In this document: positions 46,047-54,780 of the stretch, in pieces
How the letters are laid out: every line of letters starts with the position of its first letter
Numbering within the stretch: the stretch's first letter is position 1
The notes under the pieces: generated by a model
What the model saw: the letters and a program-made list of their open reading frames with translations, nothing else
The model's database searches: none
Told to the model about the DNA's origin: nothing
Origin: a virus
Taxonomy: Duplodnaviria; Caudoviricetes
Virus record (IMG/VR): IMGVR_UViG_3300037467_001904
Coordinates: 11,367-75,366 of that record
DNA length: 64,000 nucleotides
Strand: one strand, 5' to 3'
Position numbers and translations under genes: made by a program

Positions 46047-46691
46047 ATGCAGAAGGCGCGAAGAGATGCTGGCGACGGCGGAGCGATTGCGGCCGGCTTG
46101 ATCCTTTTGGCTCTCATTGTTTGCGGCATGGCCTGGTGGCTGGTGCGAGACGACCTTTGTTCCGCCAAGACGATCATGAAAGACAACGATGGCCTGTGCT
46201 TCGAGTTCTGGCTGAACCGATATCAAACGTTGCTTGTGGGCCTGGTCGCCGCCGCGTTGGCTGTATATGGCGCCCGGTCGGCCTGGAACGCAGTTCGGTT
46301 GCAGATTGGCACCGTCGACGAGCAGGCCTGGCAGTTGTCCCGGGGGATTATCGAACTCAAATTGTCCGAGTTGAGAGAAGTCAGCCGCCAACTTTTGGCA
46401 ACGCAAGACAGAGAAAACGCCTATGGCAGCATAAGAATGGTCTTGGGAATGTACGAAATAGAAGCAGGCGATCTTTCGGTCGCCGAGCTTCGAAAAAACG
46501 CCGCCGCCTGCAATCCACTCATGCGCCAAAAAATTGAATCTATTGCGAGCCGCTTGGAGGCGATTTCCGTGGTAATGTCGGGCTTTATTGTTGAAAAAAC
46601 CTACGAAAATAATCCGATATTCGCAAAAACCTTCGCAAACTCTCTGCAGAGAACCGTGGATACAATTGAGCAACTTACGAGAGAGAATTAG
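46047..46691 (+). CDS. Membrane-anchored moron protein
   Basis: Two N-terminal TM segments (...CFEFWLNRYQTLLVGLVAAALA); opposite strand; lower GC. Confidence 0.65.
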   Translation: MQKARRDAGDGGAIAAGLILLALIVCGMAWWLVRDDLCSAKTIMKDNDGLCFEFWLNRYQTLLVGLVAAALAVYGARSAWNAVRLQIGTVDEQAWQLSRGIIELKLSELREVSRQLLATQDRENAYGSIRMVLGMYEIEAGDLSVAELRKNAAACNPLMRQKIESIASRLEAISVVMSGFIVEKTYENNPIFAKTFANSLQRTVDTIEQLTREN

Positions 46692-46731
46692 GCACCAAAT
46701 GCCGCTCGCGAGGTGCTCGCGCACCCTCCCC

Positions 46732-46756
46732 GGAACCCGAATGCCAAAGCAGAGTT
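46732..46756 (+). promoter_or_regulatory. EcfG/RpoE2-type general-stress promoter
   Basis: GGAAC-N18-TT ending 19 nt before ATG 46776. Confidence 0.6.
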
Positions 46757-46775
46757 CTGGGTCGGAGGCACACTC

Positions 46776-47027
46776 ATGCACATCCACTTTTGGACGCACC
46801 CGGTTGAATTGCGCACCTATCTCGGTGACCTGCGCAGGATCACGTCGACCGAGGAAGCGGTGAAGTTTCTGAATATGAACTGGCCACTGACTGCCCATGG
46901 GCGACCAATGCGCGGGCAGCAGCGCTTCGCTATGGCGATTAGAAACGCCACTTCTGTCGAAGATGCCCGATCTACCTTCATCGAGGCATGTATGAGCATC
47001 GGAATGCAGGTTATTGAGGGTTCTTGA
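46776..47027 (+). CDS. DUF982-like protein, copy 1 (diverged)
   Basis: WTHPVEL...ITSTEEAVKFLNMNWP...DARSTFIEAC; RBS ggagg. Confidence 0.7.
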   Translation: MHIHFWTHPVELRTYLGDLRRITSTEEAVKFLNMNWPLTAHGRPMRGQQRFAMAIRNATSVEDARSTFIEACMSIGMQVIEGS

Positions 47028-47046
47028 TCCTGAGATCGCATAGCTC

Positions 47047-47071
47047 GGAACCAGATCGCCCCGCCGCAGTT
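47047..47071 (+). promoter_or_regulatory. EcfG/RpoE2-type general-stress promoter
   Basis: GGAAC-N18-TT ending 19 nt before ATG 47091. Confidence 0.6.
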
Positions 47072-47090
47072 CATAGGCCGGAGGCGATCT

Positions 47091-47336
47091 ATGGACGTCA
47101 GACCTTGGAGCTCCCCGGTGAGAATCGAGATGGCTCCTGGGAGAATTCGGATCATCGGCTCGACGCTTGAGGCGGCCACCTTTCTGCTGAAGGACTGGCC
47201 GCCCAACGCTGAGGACATAGCCTTCTGGGCACGACGGATATGCCTCGAAGCATCTGCGGGCTTGCGGCCGGACGAGGAGGCGCGAGCGGCGTTCCTCAGT
47301 GCCTGCCAAGACGCAGGTGTCCGCGTCGTCCCATAG
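47091..47336 (+). CDS. DUF982-like protein, copy 2
   Basis: WSSPVRI...IGSTLEAATFLLKDWP...EARAAFLSAC; RBS ggagg. Confidence 0.8.
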   Translation: MDVRPWSSPVRIEMAPGRIRIIGSTLEAATFLLKDWPPNAEDIAFWARRICLEASAGLRPDEEARAAFLSACQDAGVRVVP

Positions 47337-47354
47337 AGTTCGGAGGAATGGCCA

Positions 47355-47600
47355 ATGGACGTCAAAATCTGGAGCATGCCGGTTAGGTTCGAGACCGGCG
47401 TCGGCCAGTACCGCATCATCGCCAGCACTGAGGAGGCGTCGCGGTTCCTCCTGAACCAGTGGCCGATGGAAAACGGCGTCGCCTATGACGCGGCCCGGCA
47501 GGCCTACCTCGATGCGATGGAAGGCGAGGTTCCGGCTGACCTGGCCCGCCAAGCCTTCATTGAAGCATGCGACGATGCCCGCATGTATGTGATGCAGTGA
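47355..47600 (+). CDS. DUF982-like protein, copy 3
   Basis: WSMPVRF...IASTEEASRFLLNQWP...LARQAFIEAC; RBS ggagg. Confidence 0.8.
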   Translation: MDVKIWSMPVRFETGVGQYRIIASTEEASRFLLNQWPMENGVAYDAARQAYLDAMEGEVPADLARQAFIEACDDARMYVMQ

Positions 47601-47602
47601 GG

Positions 47603-48538
47603 TCATGCCGGCACCTCGGGAAATCCGTTGTGCTCGACGCCATCTAGGAGACGGCCGGCGACCTTCTTGCCGACGCGCCAGGCGCGCTGGTAGTCGTCTA
47701 GTTCCAGGCCGAACGAGTTGCTTATCCCGCTTGGGATCGTCTGGTCGTCGGGGATCTGATCGCCACAGATCCACTCGCCGTTCTGCTTATGAAGATAGGC
47801 CTTCTCATGAGCAGCACACTGATCGCGCAGGCTCCGGAACCATTCAGTTCGGCTAGGTCGAGCATATGGTCCGCTCTCGCCGCCACTGATCCACCACGCA
47901 ATCCCGGGTATCTGCGCGGTCCCGTCCGCCCCGATCCGGAAGCCTTCCTTCCACCGCTCGCCGGGATAAAGCTGCTGGGGGTATGGATTTCCCTTCATCC
48001 ACGGCGAGAGGTCGCCGAGATTTTCGAGGAGCGGTTCGCAGGAGGCGAACAGGAATCGCGGACGAAGGCCGGCTGCGAGGGTGAGATGTCCAAGGCGCTG
48101 CTCAACTGCCTTCCGGTCCTCGACGGTCGTACCGAAGGCGATATTCGCCGGCATGAAACCGATTGCCTTGACCATCTTGACGATGTTCTGAGGCCGCTTC
48201 GTCAGAAGCAGCCATTCCAGGTTCGGCGTGTCGCGGATGAGTGCCCAGAGATCGGCACGCCAGTCCGCTGGCACCTGGTTGTCAAACACGTCGGCAAGAG
48301 ACGAACAGAAGACGCGATATCGGGTGCCTTCGGCCTCGGCGTGACGGTTCCATTTCAGGGGCTGGCGCCAGTTCGATTCGGCAGTGCGTCTACGATCTCC
48401 CTGCCATAGTGCAGCCTGCCCGGTTCGCTTCGCCCAGCCTTCTGCATAGCAATTGTCGCAGGCGAAGCTGACCTTCGTGCAGCCGACCCAAGGGTTGAAG
48501 GTATGGTGCGCCCATTCGATCTTGGTGTTTTCACCCAT
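47603..48538 (-). CDS. Gp37/Gp68 (DUF5131-like) radical-SAM-related protein
   Basis: TKIEWAHHTFNPWVGCTKVSFACDNCYA; VFCSSLADVF; WLLLTKRPQN; WWISGGESG. Confidence 0.85.
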   Translation of the reverse strand: MGENTKIEWAHHTFNPWVGCTKVSFACDNCYAEGWAKRTGQAALWQGDRRRTAESNWRQPLKWNRHAEAEGTRYRVFCSSLADVFDNQVPADWRADLWALIRDTPNLEWLLLTKRPQNIVKMVKAIGFMPANIAFGTTVEDRKAVEQRLGHLTLAAGLRPRFLFASCEPLLENLGDLSPWMKGNPYPQQLYPGERWKEGFRIGADGTAQIPGIAWWISGGESGPYARPSRTEWFRSLRDQCAAHEKAYLHKQNGEWICGDQIPDDQTIPSGISNSFGLELDDYQRAWRVGKKVAGRLLDGVEHNGFPEVPA

Positions 48539-48914
48539 TGGCTGGGCCCTCCCCGGTCCAGGGTTCGAAGCACCAGCTCTCAACCCACCAGGCCGAGACA
48601 TCGCCATCGCGATCGTGACCGGCGATCCGCATATCCAGGCGGCGACCAAAGGCGGTGGAATGCGTCTCCCTCAGGCTCGCTGGCGTTACGGGGCCGCAGG
48701 GTGGCGTTCCGACTTCCAGCACGATGTGGGGAATGCCCTCGTTGGAGTGGTTGTAGCCCTTGCGCGGTGTGACAAGATCTCCGGCCTTGAAGAAGCAGCC
48801 GCCGTCATAGCGCGCGAACACCTCGCGCAACGTCATGACCTGGGCCTCGGGGACCGGCAGGCTCACGCTCTCCTTCTCGGCCCCAAGCGCCATTTCGATG
48901 ATCCCGATGCTCAT
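48531..48914 (-). CDS. Hypothetical protein
   Basis: Coupled between recT and the DUF5131-like gene. Confidence 0.6.
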   Translation of the reverse strand: MSIGIIEMALGAEKESVSLPVPEAQVMTLREVFARYDGGCFFKAGDLVTPRKGYNHSNEGIPHIVLEVGTPPCGPVTPASLRETHSTAFGRRLDMRIAGHDRDGDVSAWWVESWCFEPWTGEGPANG

Positions 48915-50032
48915 GCCGCGACTCCATCCGCCTGCTTCGCCGCGGCCTCGAGCGCCGGCAGCGCCTCCTGGATCTCGTCGAACTCCTTCTGTGTGAGCTT
49001 GCCCTTCCAGGACTTGAGGGCCCGAGAGCCCTCCAGCGCCTTTGCGCGGGCGCGGTCCAGAAGGGTGTCCTCGGCCGGCAGGTCGTCGTCGTTGTGCTCG
49101 GCGCCGTCCTGGTCAGTTGACAGATCGCCCGTATCGGCTTCCGTTTCGGCGGACGCGGTTGACGGTTCGGTGTTGGCAGGCGCCTGATCCAGCACCTCGC
49201 CGGTCTCGGCGTCGACGTGTTCTTGGGAGAACCCTTCAATCTGCGGAGCAGACGCCTGGGCACTGCGAAGCCGATGGACAAGCCCGGTGGGCTGTTCGGC
49301 CTGCAGCTCGAGGTGGTGCTCAGCGCGATCTTCGATCTGGAGCGCGGTGCTGAGATCCGGCGACTGCGGCAGCCGCTTCATGAGGCGGCGGATGCAGGTC
49401 TTCTTCGCCATTTCGTCATAGTCGGTCGACCAGGGCGTGCTCTTGATCTTGCCGGCCTTGAACGCCCTGAAGCCGTCGGACTTGTCTCGGATCTTGTCGA
49501 TCTGGACCGTAGTCATCGGCTCGAAATCCGTCTCGCCATCCTTGAACTTGACCACCGCGTAATAGCCGACGATCTCGCCGCGATCGCCGAACAGGTCCGG
49601 CTTGTGCTTCAGGCGCTTCTCGTCGCCCAGAACACATTCGATTTCGTCGTTCTCGTAAACTTCGTGGGCGTAGACGCTGGCAATCTCGCCGGACTGGCGA
49701 GCGAGCTTGATCAGTCCACGGTAGCCGATACGAGCCTGTGGCCCCGTTGCCGATGCGATCAGATAAGCTTCGCCGAGCTGTGCATCGAAGAGGAGCCCGA
49801 GCGCTGCGACCTTAGCGACCTCGCGGAAGACTTCGCGAGGATTGAGAGTCATCAGCTTCGGCTGGTTCATGATCGCGTTGGAAAGGTTCCGCTCAAACCG
49901 TTCGAACGGCACATGCGCCGGCAGGACGGATTTCACCGCCTGCTTGTCTGCAGGTGGCAACACCTTGCCCATGAAGGCTTGGAGTTGGGATGGTTTCTGG
50001 CGCTCTTCCTGGAGCGCGACAGCGGTGCTCAT
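48911..50032 (-). CDS. recT: RecT-family single-strand annealing protein
   Basis: QLGEAYLI...IGYRGLIKLARQSG...PWSTDYDEMAKKTCIRRLMKRLP. Confidence 0.9.
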   Translation of the reverse strand: MSTAVALQEERQKPSQLQAFMGKVLPPADKQAVKSVLPAHVPFERFERNLSNAIMNQPKLMTLNPREVFREVAKVAALGLLFDAQLGEAYLIASATGPQARIGYRGLIKLARQSGEIASVYAHEVYENDEIECVLGDEKRLKHKPDLFGDRGEIVGYYAVVKFKDGETDFEPMTTVQIDKIRDKSDGFRAFKAGKIKSTPWSTDYDEMAKKTCIRRLMKRLPQSPDLSTALQIEDRAEHHLELQAEQPTGLVHRLRSAQASAPQIEGFSQEHVDAETGEVLDQAPANTEPSTASAETEADTGDLSTDQDGAEHNDDDLPAEDTLLDRARAKALEGSRALKSWKGKLTQKEFDEIQEALPALEAAAKQADGVAA

Positions 50033-50964
50033 TCTGCTGCTTCCCTGTAGGTGTTATCGATCTCCGGCAGGAGACCGAACTTCGTCTCCGTCTCGACCCG
50101 CTTGCGGAGCCAATCCGGCATGGATGTCGTGATTTCAGAGGGGTACGCCGGCCATTCGCCGGCCTCGATGCACTTGGCGAACTTGTCGATCGCGCGCCTG
50201 TTGCGCCGGGCGCCGTAGCTGATCCATTCGGCATCGACGGGCGAAACATTTACCGCCCAGGGGTCGTCGCCCTCGATCCAGACCAGCACGAAGTCGGTCA
50301 TCTCGAAGCCGAGCACCTGCCGGAAGGCTTCGCCGACGAGCGCTCCCTGGGCGTCGTACCCCCAGTTCTGAACGGCACGCTGGATCTTGTCGGGCGAGGC
50401 GTCGGTCGTCGTCTTGATGTCGCCCGCGATGCCGTCGGATACCGGGATGACGTCAGGCCGGCACTTCAGCCAAACGCCGGTCTTCCGGTCCTGCCAGAAT
50501 ATCGAGCGCTCGACATGCCCCTGCAGCAGGCCGGCTTGGATGCTGGGATCGCGCGCTAGGCTCGCCGCCATGCCGCGGATCGCGACGAGGTCGTCCGGCA
50601 CCAGGACAGTCCGGCCGGCCTTGCGCATTTCGTCGCGCCAGGCCTGGGCAGCCTTCGTCCGCCAGTCCGTCCAATCGTCCGGCCGCACGGCATAGCGCTT
50701 CTTGAAGTCGGCCTCGCCAAGCAACAGGGTGTGGGCTGCCCTGCCGAAATCAAAGGCGTCCTTCTGCTCCTCCGGCTTGCGGTTCGGGTTCAGATAGGAC
50801 TGGGCCCAATAGTGCGCAGGCGAACGGCTGTCGAGCAGGCGGAGACCCGATGAGGAAATGCTCGGCCCGGCGCAGCAATCGCTGTGGTAGACCTCCATCG
50901 GCACGCCGGAATAAATGCCCTGCTTCGTGATCTTCTGGCCGTCCCAGGGAATGGCGTCGATCAT
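50029..50964 (-). CDS. RecE/exonuclease VIII-like PD-(D/E)xK nuclease (DUF3799-like)
   Basis: SISSSGL, FDFGRAAH, VWLKCRPD, DIKTT, GYDAQGALV. Confidence 0.85.
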   Translation of the reverse strand: MIDAIPWDGQKITKQGIYSGVPMEVYHSDCCAGPSISSSGLRLLDSRSPAHYWAQSYLNPNRKPEEQKDAFDFGRAAHTLLLGEADFKKRYAVRPDDWTDWRTKAAQAWRDEMRKAGRTVLVPDDLVAIRGMAASLARDPSIQAGLLQGHVERSIFWQDRKTGVWLKCRPDVIPVSDGIAGDIKTTTDASPDKIQRAVQNWGYDAQGALVGEAFRQVLGFEMTDFVLVWIEGDDPWAVNVSPVDAEWISYGARRNRRAIDKFAKCIEAGEWPAYPSEITTSMPDWLRKRVETETKFGLLPEIDNTYREAAE

Positions 50965-51206
50965 CGGCCCAGCTCCTTCTTGAGCTGGAGGTTCTTCAGC
51001 CGCCGGCGCTGGCGCTCGAGGTCACGGACCGGCCGGTGAAGGCGGCGGGCTGCGGCGAGTTCGACCTCGACCTCCATCAGTCGGGCGCGGATCGGTTGAG
51101 TCTCGGCTGCGATACGGCGGGCGCGGTGCCATTGGTACCAGGCCAGCAGGATTGCCTTGATCTGGTCAAATGGAGGCATGGCGCTTCTCCGCTTGCTCGC
51201 AAACAA
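50961..51206 (-). CDS. Small hypothetical protein
   Basis: Arg-rich coupled ORF. Confidence 0.45.
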   Translation of the reverse strand: MFASKRRSAMPPFDQIKAILLAWYQWHRARRIAAETQPIRARLMEVEVELAAARRLHRPVRDLERQRRRLKNLQLKKELGR

Positions 51207-51681
51207 ATCCGCGCTTCTGGTCGCGCATCACAACCTTTTCAGAGACCGACTTGCTGCCGGCTTCCGCGTTGCAGTCCCTGCAGGCCAGCACGAGGTTCGA
51301 CGGATGGTTGGGGCCGCCGTGGGCTTTAGGGACGAGGTGCTCGATTGTGATCGCGGCGCTGTCGGGCGACAGGAATCCGTTCTCGCAAAACCAGCACCAG
51401 AGACCGTCCCGCGCGGCGAGATCCACAATGAGGTGACGCAGCTTGACCTTGCTTTTCAGGTCAGGCGACAACGCCACATCCTGCTTCGCTTTGTAGGAAT
51501 TCAGGATCTCGACCAGTTCATCCGGCCAAGTCTGCCGCCCAGCCTTGTTCGTGTAGACGACGAACGGCCCGAAGCAGGTCCGGACGCGCAGGACTTCCCA
51601 GGCATTCGTCGGCGGGTCGACGATTGCCCCGCGCTTAGTCAGCCAGGACTTGAAGGCTGCCACTTCCTTATCCGACAGCAT
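51166..51681 (-). CDS. HNH endonuclease
   Basis: RDGLWCWFC...TIEHLVPKAHGGPNHPSNLVLACRDCN. Confidence 0.85.
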   Translation of the reverse strand: MLSDKEVAAFKSWLTKRGAIVDPPTNAWEVLRVRTCFGPFVVYTNKAGRQTWPDELVEILNSYKAKQDVALSPDLKSKVKLRHLIVDLAARDGLWCWFCENGFLSPDSAAITIEHLVPKAHGGPNHPSNLVLACRDCNAEAGSKSVSEKVVMRDQKRGFVCEQAEKRHASI

Positions 51682-51946
51682 GGCTGGCCTCCATCTGCCG
51701 GCGGCGAGCGCGGGCGCCCTCCAGGGCGTCATCGAAGCAGGCCAGGACCTCGTCGATACCGAACGGCAGCGCGGCGACAGGCCCCTTGGCAACTGTAAGT
51801 ATCTCCAGGCACTTGGCTTTATCGGCCAAGTCGACACCGGACACGGCAAGGAAATCTCCGATGTCGCGGACGGATTGGGCCCGGGCGACCACGGCCCGTG
51901 CCGCGGCGCCGATCGGGCGGAAGTTGGGAGGGAGCGGGCCGGTCAT
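51668..51946 (-). CDS. Hypothetical protein
   Basis: Coupled ORF with RBS gagggg. Confidence 0.5.
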   Translation of the reverse strand: MTGPLPPNFRPIGAAARAVVARAQSVRDIGDFLAVSGVDLADKAKCLEILTVAKGPVAALPFGIDEVLACFDDALEGARARRRQMEASHAVG

Positions 51947-51956
51947 GGTTGCCCCC

Positions 51957-52403
51957 TCAATCCGTGTAAGCGACGTATTGGAACTTGCCGCCGCCGAAGC
52001 TCAGGAATCGTCCGCCGAACGTTCCCTTGACGCGATCCTCAACTTCCTTGGACGTCGTTCCTTCCGGATAGACGCCATCGCAAATCTGTGAGAAATGAGT
52101 GTGCTCGCGGATGCGGTAATCAATCTTGGTCGGGTCAAGTTCGCGCGGCTTCCACGACAGCCATTGACCGGTCTTGCGGTCTTCCGTGACCTTGTGGTCA
52201 TTGAAGACGTACTCGACGGGGTCGTCAGCTTCTTCCCACCCGCAATCGGCGCAGAAATGGCGCGGCGCAGTGCAGGCACCGCAGGGGGCGCTGAGGTGGC
52301 AGCTGCAATTCTCGGCGCGGCGCAACTCGATACTGCCGCAGCATCCGGAACGATTGCAGACGTCACCTTCGCAAATACCAAGCGTTTCCCCCATCACCGT
52401 CAC
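51957..52403 (-). CDS. Cys-rich hypothetical protein
   Basis: CNRSGCCG...CSCHLSAPCGAC...CADCGW. Confidence 0.65.
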   Translation of the reverse strand: MTVMGETLGICEGDVCNRSGCCGSIELRRAENCSCHLSAPCGACTAPRHFCADCGWEEADDPVEYVFNDHKVTEDRKTGQWLSWKPRELDPTKIDYRIREHTHFSQICDGVYPEGTTSKEVEDRVKGTFGGRFLSFGGGKFQYVAYTD

Positions 52404-52762
52404 TCCGCAGCCACCAGGGCCGGAGCGGCCTCAAGCCACCTGCCCTCGACGATTTCGGAGACCCAGCTCGGCACGACCTTGTAGTCCAGCATCAGGCGCA
52501 GGCGATTGCCGTCACAGTGCAGCTCGTTCGCCGCGATGTAGTGCTCGGCCTCCTGGCAAATCGCCTTGGTGACGTCCTTGCAGGTGCCGACCGCCGGGTC
52601 GATCTCCAGGACCTGCAAGAGCCCCTGCCCGCGCTTATCGCTGGGGTCGAACTCGCCGTTGACGAAACGCTCGACGATATCCTTGCGGGTAAGCGAGGCG
52701 GCGCACTCGTCGAAAGTGACGCCATAACGACCAAAGCAGGTTTTAGTAATGAGATGAGACAT
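52400..52762 (-). CDS. Hypothetical protein
   Basis: RBS ggagag; coupled to the next gene. Confidence 0.55.
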   Translation of the reverse strand: MSHLITKTCFGRYGVTFDECAASLTRKDIVERFVNGEFDPSDKRGQGLLQVLEIDPAVGTCKDVTKAICQEAEHYIAANELHCDGNRLRLMLDYKVVPSWVSEIVEGRWLEAAPALVAAE

Positions 52763-52812
52763 CTGAGCTCTCCGGGATAGAGAGCGGCCGGCGCGAACCG
52801 GCCGCGCCGATA

Positions 52813-53496
52813 TCACTTGCCTTTGCCGCCGCTGTTACCGTGGCCGCCCTGCCCGTTGTTCGAGCCATTGTTCCCGGATCCTGGGCTGGAACCGTTGTTG
52901 TTGCCGCCGCCATTGCCCGGGTTGCCGGCATTGCCATTCCCGTTGCCGGGGCCGTCGCCCTTACCAGGACCGTGACCGCCGGGACCGTTCTGACCTTCAC
53001 CGGGACCGTTGGAGCCGGAGCCGGTTCCGCCGCCATGATCGCCAGAGCCATTGCCGCCAGCACCACCACCGTGATTGCCGCCGCCGTGGTTGCCATGGCC
53101 GCCACCGTGCTGACCCTGGCCGTTATGACCATGATCGCCGCCACCATGGTTCCCACCACCATGACCGCCATGACCGTGGCCATTGCCATGACCGTGTCCC
53201 CCGTTGCCGTTATGACCGCCTTCGCACCCGTCGCCAGGATTAGAAGGACCGCCAGGATCGCTGGGGCCGCCGGGATCGCTGGGGCCAGATCGAGCGGGAG
53301 CACTGCGGGTCGAGATCGCCGCCGGCCCCTGGCTACGGCTGTTCGTGCCGTAGGGCGTGGCGATGTCGCAGACTTCGGGAAGGAATGGGAGCAGCTGCTT
53401 GTAGCAAGAGCCCGTGCGGGCCGATGCCGGCGGCGCCAGAGCTGCAACACCGATGATGGTGCTGGCAGCAAGAATTGAGAGAGTGAAAGTTTTCAC
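52813..53496 (-). CDS. Secreted Gly/His/Asn-rich low-complexity protein
   Basis: Signal-peptide-like N-terminus to PASA, a Cys pair, (GPSDPG)x3, then ~135 aa of G/H/N repeats. Confidence 0.75.
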   Translation of the reverse strand: MKTFTLSILAASTIIGVAALAPPASARTGSCYKQLLPFLPEVCDIATPYGTNSRSQGPAAISTRSAPARSGPSDPGGPSDPGGPSNPGDGCEGGHNGNGGHGHGNGHGHGGHGGGNHGGGDHGHNGQGQHGGGHGNHGGGNHGGGAGGNGSGDHGGGTGSGSNGPGEGQNGPGGHGPGKGDGPGNGNGNAGNPGNGGGNNNGSSPGSGNNGSNNGQGGHGNSGGKGK

Positions 53497-53572
53497 GTCC
53501 GTTTTTCCATGTTGGGTTTGTGAGGCGGGATCGCTGGCGCCGCGTCCCGTTCATGCCCGGCATGGAAAATGT

Positions 53573-53623
53573 GTAAAGCATCACTTCACTTCGGTCAAGC
53601 GACCAAGTGAAGTGATACTTTAC
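53573..53623. promoter_or_regulatory. Left operator pair (OL) overlapping the PL-like promoter
   Basis: gtaaagcatcacttcac 53573-89 and gtgaagtgatactttac 53607-23; minus-strand TTGACC-N17-TACACA. Confidence 0.75.
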
Positions 53624-53678
53624 TTTTTTGACGACCTGCAAAAAAACGATTCGTTTCCCTTGACTCTTTTTTAGTCAT

Positions 53679-53693
53679 GTTCTCATTCTGTTC
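53679..53693 (+). promoter_or_regulatory. Alphaproteobacterial LexA box over a sigma70-like promoter
   Basis: GTTC-tcattct-GTTC; TTGACT at 53660-65. Confidence 0.75.
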
Positions 53694-53717
53694 TCATTCG
53701 AGGCCAAGGAGGAAACA

Positions 53718-53963
53718 ATGTCGTCTCTGGTGAAGTATTTCGTCGTTTTGCCATTCTCCGTGAACAAACATGGCCGCCTGGTCCCAGGCAACGCCCGCGA
53801 AGCTGCAAGTGAGAATGAAGCAATTCGGGTGGCACAAAGACATGCACACGCGATCGCCTTCTATCGCACTGGCGATGCTACTACTGGAGATTGGGATGAT
53901 GCAGTGATCTTTAAAATCGTCGGCTCAATTCCGACGAGTATTATCGAAGCGATGGCTGCTTAA
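53718..53963 (+). CDS. LexA-boxed small protein convergent with cI
   Basis: RBS aaggagg; YFVV.PF...GRLVPGNAREA...AFYRTGD..TGDWDDAVI; stop overlaps the cI stop. Confidence 0.75.
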   Translation: MSSLVKYFVVLPFSVNKHGRLVPGNAREAASENEAIRVAQRHAHAIAFYRTGDATTGDWDDAVIFKIVGSIPTSIIEAMAA

Positions 53964-54697
53964 GCGCGCCTTGATCCCACGATCACGTGGACGGACTTCA
54001 CGAGGGGCTTTTCGATCTCAAACTCTTCCGGCGGGTTCCACTGCCAGAGGATCAGCTTCTTCGGCGTCCACGCCCGGAATTCCTTCACGTACCCCTCCGG
54101 AGGCGCGTGCTCGTCGTCAGGAAAGACCTGGACAAGCACATCATCCTCTCGACGCGGCGGCAGATGAGGGTGAATCAGGAGGAGTTCTCCGGGCTTCCAC
54201 CGCGGCTTCATGCTTTCGCCGTCGACATACACACCATAGGCATCAGGAACGTTCGCCAACTCGCTCGGCATAGGTCGATAATCCACGACCTGGCCATTGA
54301 AGAGAAATCGCCCCTCTATGCCGCCTCGCGCGAGCCCAAGAATAGGCAGAGCGCCACGCCCGTCGCCTGCCACGGGAATGATCTGCGACGCATTGGGAGC
54401 TGGCAGGATTTGTCGAGGGGGCAAAGGCGGGCGGCTGTCCCCGCTGGCAACCGTTGCAGTCGTCGCCGGATCTCTGAAGGCCGGTCCGCCATCCATCATC
54501 CAATGTAGCAACACCTGATAGACCTTGGCGGCCTCCCTCAGGTTCTCCGTTGAGGGCTCGGTTTGGTTTCTCTCCCATTGAGACACCGCCGACTTCGATA
54601 TTCCAAGCGCATCAGCAGCTACCTGCTGGGTCATTCCCGCCTTCTCGCGAGCCCAGCGCAGCCGTTCGCCAATGGTGTGCAGATCACCCTCACTCAT
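53960..54697 (-). CDS. cI: CI-like repressor (XRE HTH plus S24 peptidase domain)
   Basis: IGERLRWAREKAGMTQQVAADALGISKSAVSQWE; VDGESMKP (Ser) and GYVKEF (Lys). Confidence 0.9.
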   Translation of the reverse strand: MSEGDLHTIGERLRWAREKAGMTQQVAADALGISKSAVSQWERNQTEPSTENLREAAKVYQVLLHWMMDGGPAFRDPATTATVASGDSRPPLPPRQILPAPNASQIIPVAGDGRGALPILGLARGGIEGRFLFNGQVVDYRPMPSELANVPDAYGVYVDGESMKPRWKPGELLLIHPHLPPRREDDVLVQVFPDDEHAPPEGYVKEFRAWTPKKLILWQWNPPEEFEIEKPLVKSVHVIVGSRRA

Positions 54698-54732
54698 GAG
54701 CGGAACATGCTGGAAGCAATCCCTTCACTCCA

Positions 54733-54773
54733 GTAAAGAATTACTTGACATGGAAAGTGAAGCGGTGCTTTTC
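54733..54773. promoter_or_regulatory. Right operator pair (OR) overlapping the PR-like promoter
   Basis: gtaaagaattacttgac 54733-49 and gtgaagcggtgcttttc 54757-73, matching OL; TTGACA 54745-50. Confidence 0.75.
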
Positions 54774-54780
54774 TGAGGCC

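Noticed and set aside
45927-47774. 615-aa minus-strand ORF
   Set aside because: Antisense to four plus-strand genes, three with clear RBSs and family motifs.
52840-53478. Ala/Thr/Val/Met-rich ORFs over the Gly-rich gene
   Set aside because: Alternative-frame products of the same low-complexity repeats; only the minus-strand frame has a signal peptide.
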